From: Candidatus Latescibacterota bacterium
GTDB lineage: Bacteria > Latescibacterota > UBA2968
Length of the DNA stretch: 64,000 bases
NCBI GenBank assembly: GCA_965204745.1
Contig: OZ242010.1
Coordinates: forward strand, 3,712,001-3,776,000
Direction of reading: 5' to 3'
The translations under genes and the position numbers were made by a program. Within the stretch, counting starts at the first letter, position 1; each line of letters begins with the position of its first letter. The notes below the pieces were generated by a model that saw only the letters and a program-made list of their open reading frames with translations, made no database searches and had not been told where the DNA came from. Positions 62,310 through 64,000 of this stretch are shown one piece after another.

Positions 62310-63028
62310 CCCGCGCCCTCGCCTTCTCGCCACGCCAAGATGCGCGCACAATTGTCGCAGCGCAAGATGCTGTTAGCCCGCTTGACTTCGACCAACCGCT
62401 GCGGCGACAACTGCCGGTAACAACCGCCGCAGGCCCCCTTGTGAACTGGCACCACTGCGATCCCGCCCCTGACGACCGTGCGGATGCGATTGTACAGGCC
62501 CAAGAGTCGGGAATCCACATGGGGTTCGAGGGCGGCGCGCTTCTTTTCCCACCCGCTCACGTTTTTCTCTGTGGAATTGAGGCTAGCCGTCAACTCGTCA
62601 ATGCGTTGTTGGCGGTCCTGTTTGATTTCCCGATAGTACTTCTCGTCTTCGCCGAGGTGGGCCGCGATCTCCTCGAGCTGTTCAATGCTGTCCAAAATCG
62701 CGGTTTCGCAGTCGTCCTTGCGATCTTGCAGGGTCGCGATTTCGATTTGCAACGCGTCGTATTCCTTGTTCGTTTTGACCTCGTAGAGCCGGTCTTGGTG
62801 TTTTTTCAGATCGGCTTCAATCGCGCCGAGGTCCAATTCGAGGGCGCGCCGATTTTTTTCGAGTTCTTCGCGGTTTTGCTGTTGCGCGTCGAGTTGATCG
62901 CGTGCGGTTTCCAGTTCGGTTTTCAAGGTGGTGATTTCGTGGGGATAATCGACTTGCGCTTGGTGTAGCGCGTTGATCTCTTTGTCGATTTCCTGAATTT
63001 TCAGCAAATGGTGCAAACTCTCTCGCAT
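62306..63028 (-). CDS. C4-type zinc-ribbon coiled-coil protein (CT398/HP0958-like)
   Basis: LQ-type N terminus, NKEYDAL, CGGC...CDNC. Confidence 0.9.
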   Translation of the reverse strand: MRESLHHLLKIQEIDKEINALHQAQVDYPHEITTLKTELETARDQLDAQQQNREELEKNRRALELDLGAIEADLKKHQDRLYEVKTNKEYDALQIEIATLQDRKDDCETAILDSIEQLEEIAAHLGEDEKYYREIKQDRQQRIDELTASLNSTEKNVSGWEKKRAALEPHVDSRLLGLYNRIRTVVRGGIAVVPVHKGACGGCYRQLSPQRLVEVKRANSILRCDNCARILAWREGEGAG

Positions 63029-63138
63029 GCGCGTCTCCTTGTAAAAAAAGAAAAGGTGCGACCCTGAACAGGTGCACCTTTCTATGGCTGTTTTACTGCG
63101 CGTCAAACCTCTCGATCTGCTGAGAAGAGGAGGGTAAA

Positions 63139-63215
63139 TGGTGGGCGATACTGGATTTGAACCAGTGACCTCCGGTATGTGAAACCGGCACTCTAACCAA
63201 CTGAGCTAATCGCCC
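63139..63215 (-). tRNA. tRNA-Val(CAC)
   Basis: Cloverleaf GGGCGAT...; anticodon loop TTCACAT; encoded CCA. Confidence 0.96.
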
Positions 63216-63547
63216 AATTTTGCGATGATACCGCCCGAGGCAGTCGCTATTTTTTTTCATGATCAAAAGGGGGACTTGGGGTTTTGCAAGGAGTTGTAAT
63301 TAACAAAAGATGCGCGGATATGTCAAGCCCGATGTGCAAAGGCGAAAAGCAACCATCGGCTTTTCGCTCGAAAGAAAGCGCGAGGAGTTGTGCGATTTGT
63401 TCCTTGCACATAGCGACAAACCAAAGTATTTTTCGCGCATCCTGTGAATTGTCTAATTGTTGCATTTGGTGAAACCGCAGGTTAAACTCAGGCGTCACTA
63501 CGTCTCGATTGGGCAACGCATCTCAAACTTGGATGAGGGGACACACT

Positions 63548-64000
63548 ATGGAAATCCGGCCCCAGAAACTCAATTTCGCACGCCCTCCCATAGAGGAGAT
63601 CGTATTGAGTGTTCTCTTTCAGCCTCTCGAAGGATTCCTCGCGCCACATCTTGGCGAAATATGGCGGGAACTCAAAAAGGAGGGGTTTGTGAACATCGCC
63701 GAACAGCCACCGGTTATTTCCACGATGGAGCATTTTTCGAAGATAGGCGGAGAACCCGAGTTGCATATTGGCAATGTCCCAAATCTCGCACGAATTTGGT
63801 TCATCCACAAAGATGACAACCAAATCATACAAGTGCAACGCGACCGATTTACTTTTAACTGGCGTAAAACCGAGGCAGAGCCGAACTATCCTGGATTCTC
63901 CGCTATTCTTGAAAAATTTGTGGGGTTCTATAACCGCTTTGGCGAAACCATCCAAAACATGGAAGTCGGCGCACTAACGCCGTTGCAATACGAGTTGACC
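63548..64000 (+). CDS. TIGR04255-like protein, truncated by the window end (not in the ORF track)
   Basis: Translated by eye: MEIRPQKLNFARPPIEEIVLSVLF...IIQVQRDRFTFNWRK...YPGF. Confidence 0.7.
   Translation, partial: MEIRPQKLNFARPPIEEIVLSVLFQPLEGFLAPHLGEIWRELKKEGFVNIAEQPPVISTMEHFSKIGGEPELHIGNVPNLARIWFIHKDDNQIIQVQRDRFTFNWRKTEAEPNYPGFSAILEKFVGFYNRFGETIQNMEVGALTPLQYELT

Noticed and set aside
63488-63955. 155-aa minus-strand ORF
   Set aside because: It is a shadow of the better-supported plus-strand TIGR04255-like frame

Overview
A 64-kb GC-rich bacterial chromosomal window of mostly core and metabolic genes. The dockerin-tagged secreted protein, FCB-type SecA, sulfatase and paired PhyH genes suggest a Latescibacterota/Gemmatimonadota-like, possibly sponge-associated organism (inference only). 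It contains an imelysin/di-heme/porin iron-uptake operon, a partner-switching signalling cluster, tRNA-Pro(CGG), secA, the S55 peptidase-propeller-ribD'-ribE-ribBA-ribH-nusB operon, dsbD, a small defence patch (ABC ATPase + TOPRIM pair, HaeII-like m5C methylase), pyrF, RNase P RNA, rnhA and tRNA-Val(CAC). The most striking signals are non-coding. Intergenic DNA is filled with heptamer tandem arrays, GTAG-type REPs and a 277-bp TA-duplicating MITE whose empty target site is also present in the window. There are two candidate sRNAs, one antisense to the iron-operon leader, and two orphan IS200/IS605-like right ends. An Rpn nuclease has an internal SD+ATG for a small antitoxin isoform. Several genes look deletion-damaged (trpC, nagA, possibly ribD). 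No CRISPR array, integrase or transposase was seen. All calls come from reading motifs by eye, without database searches.
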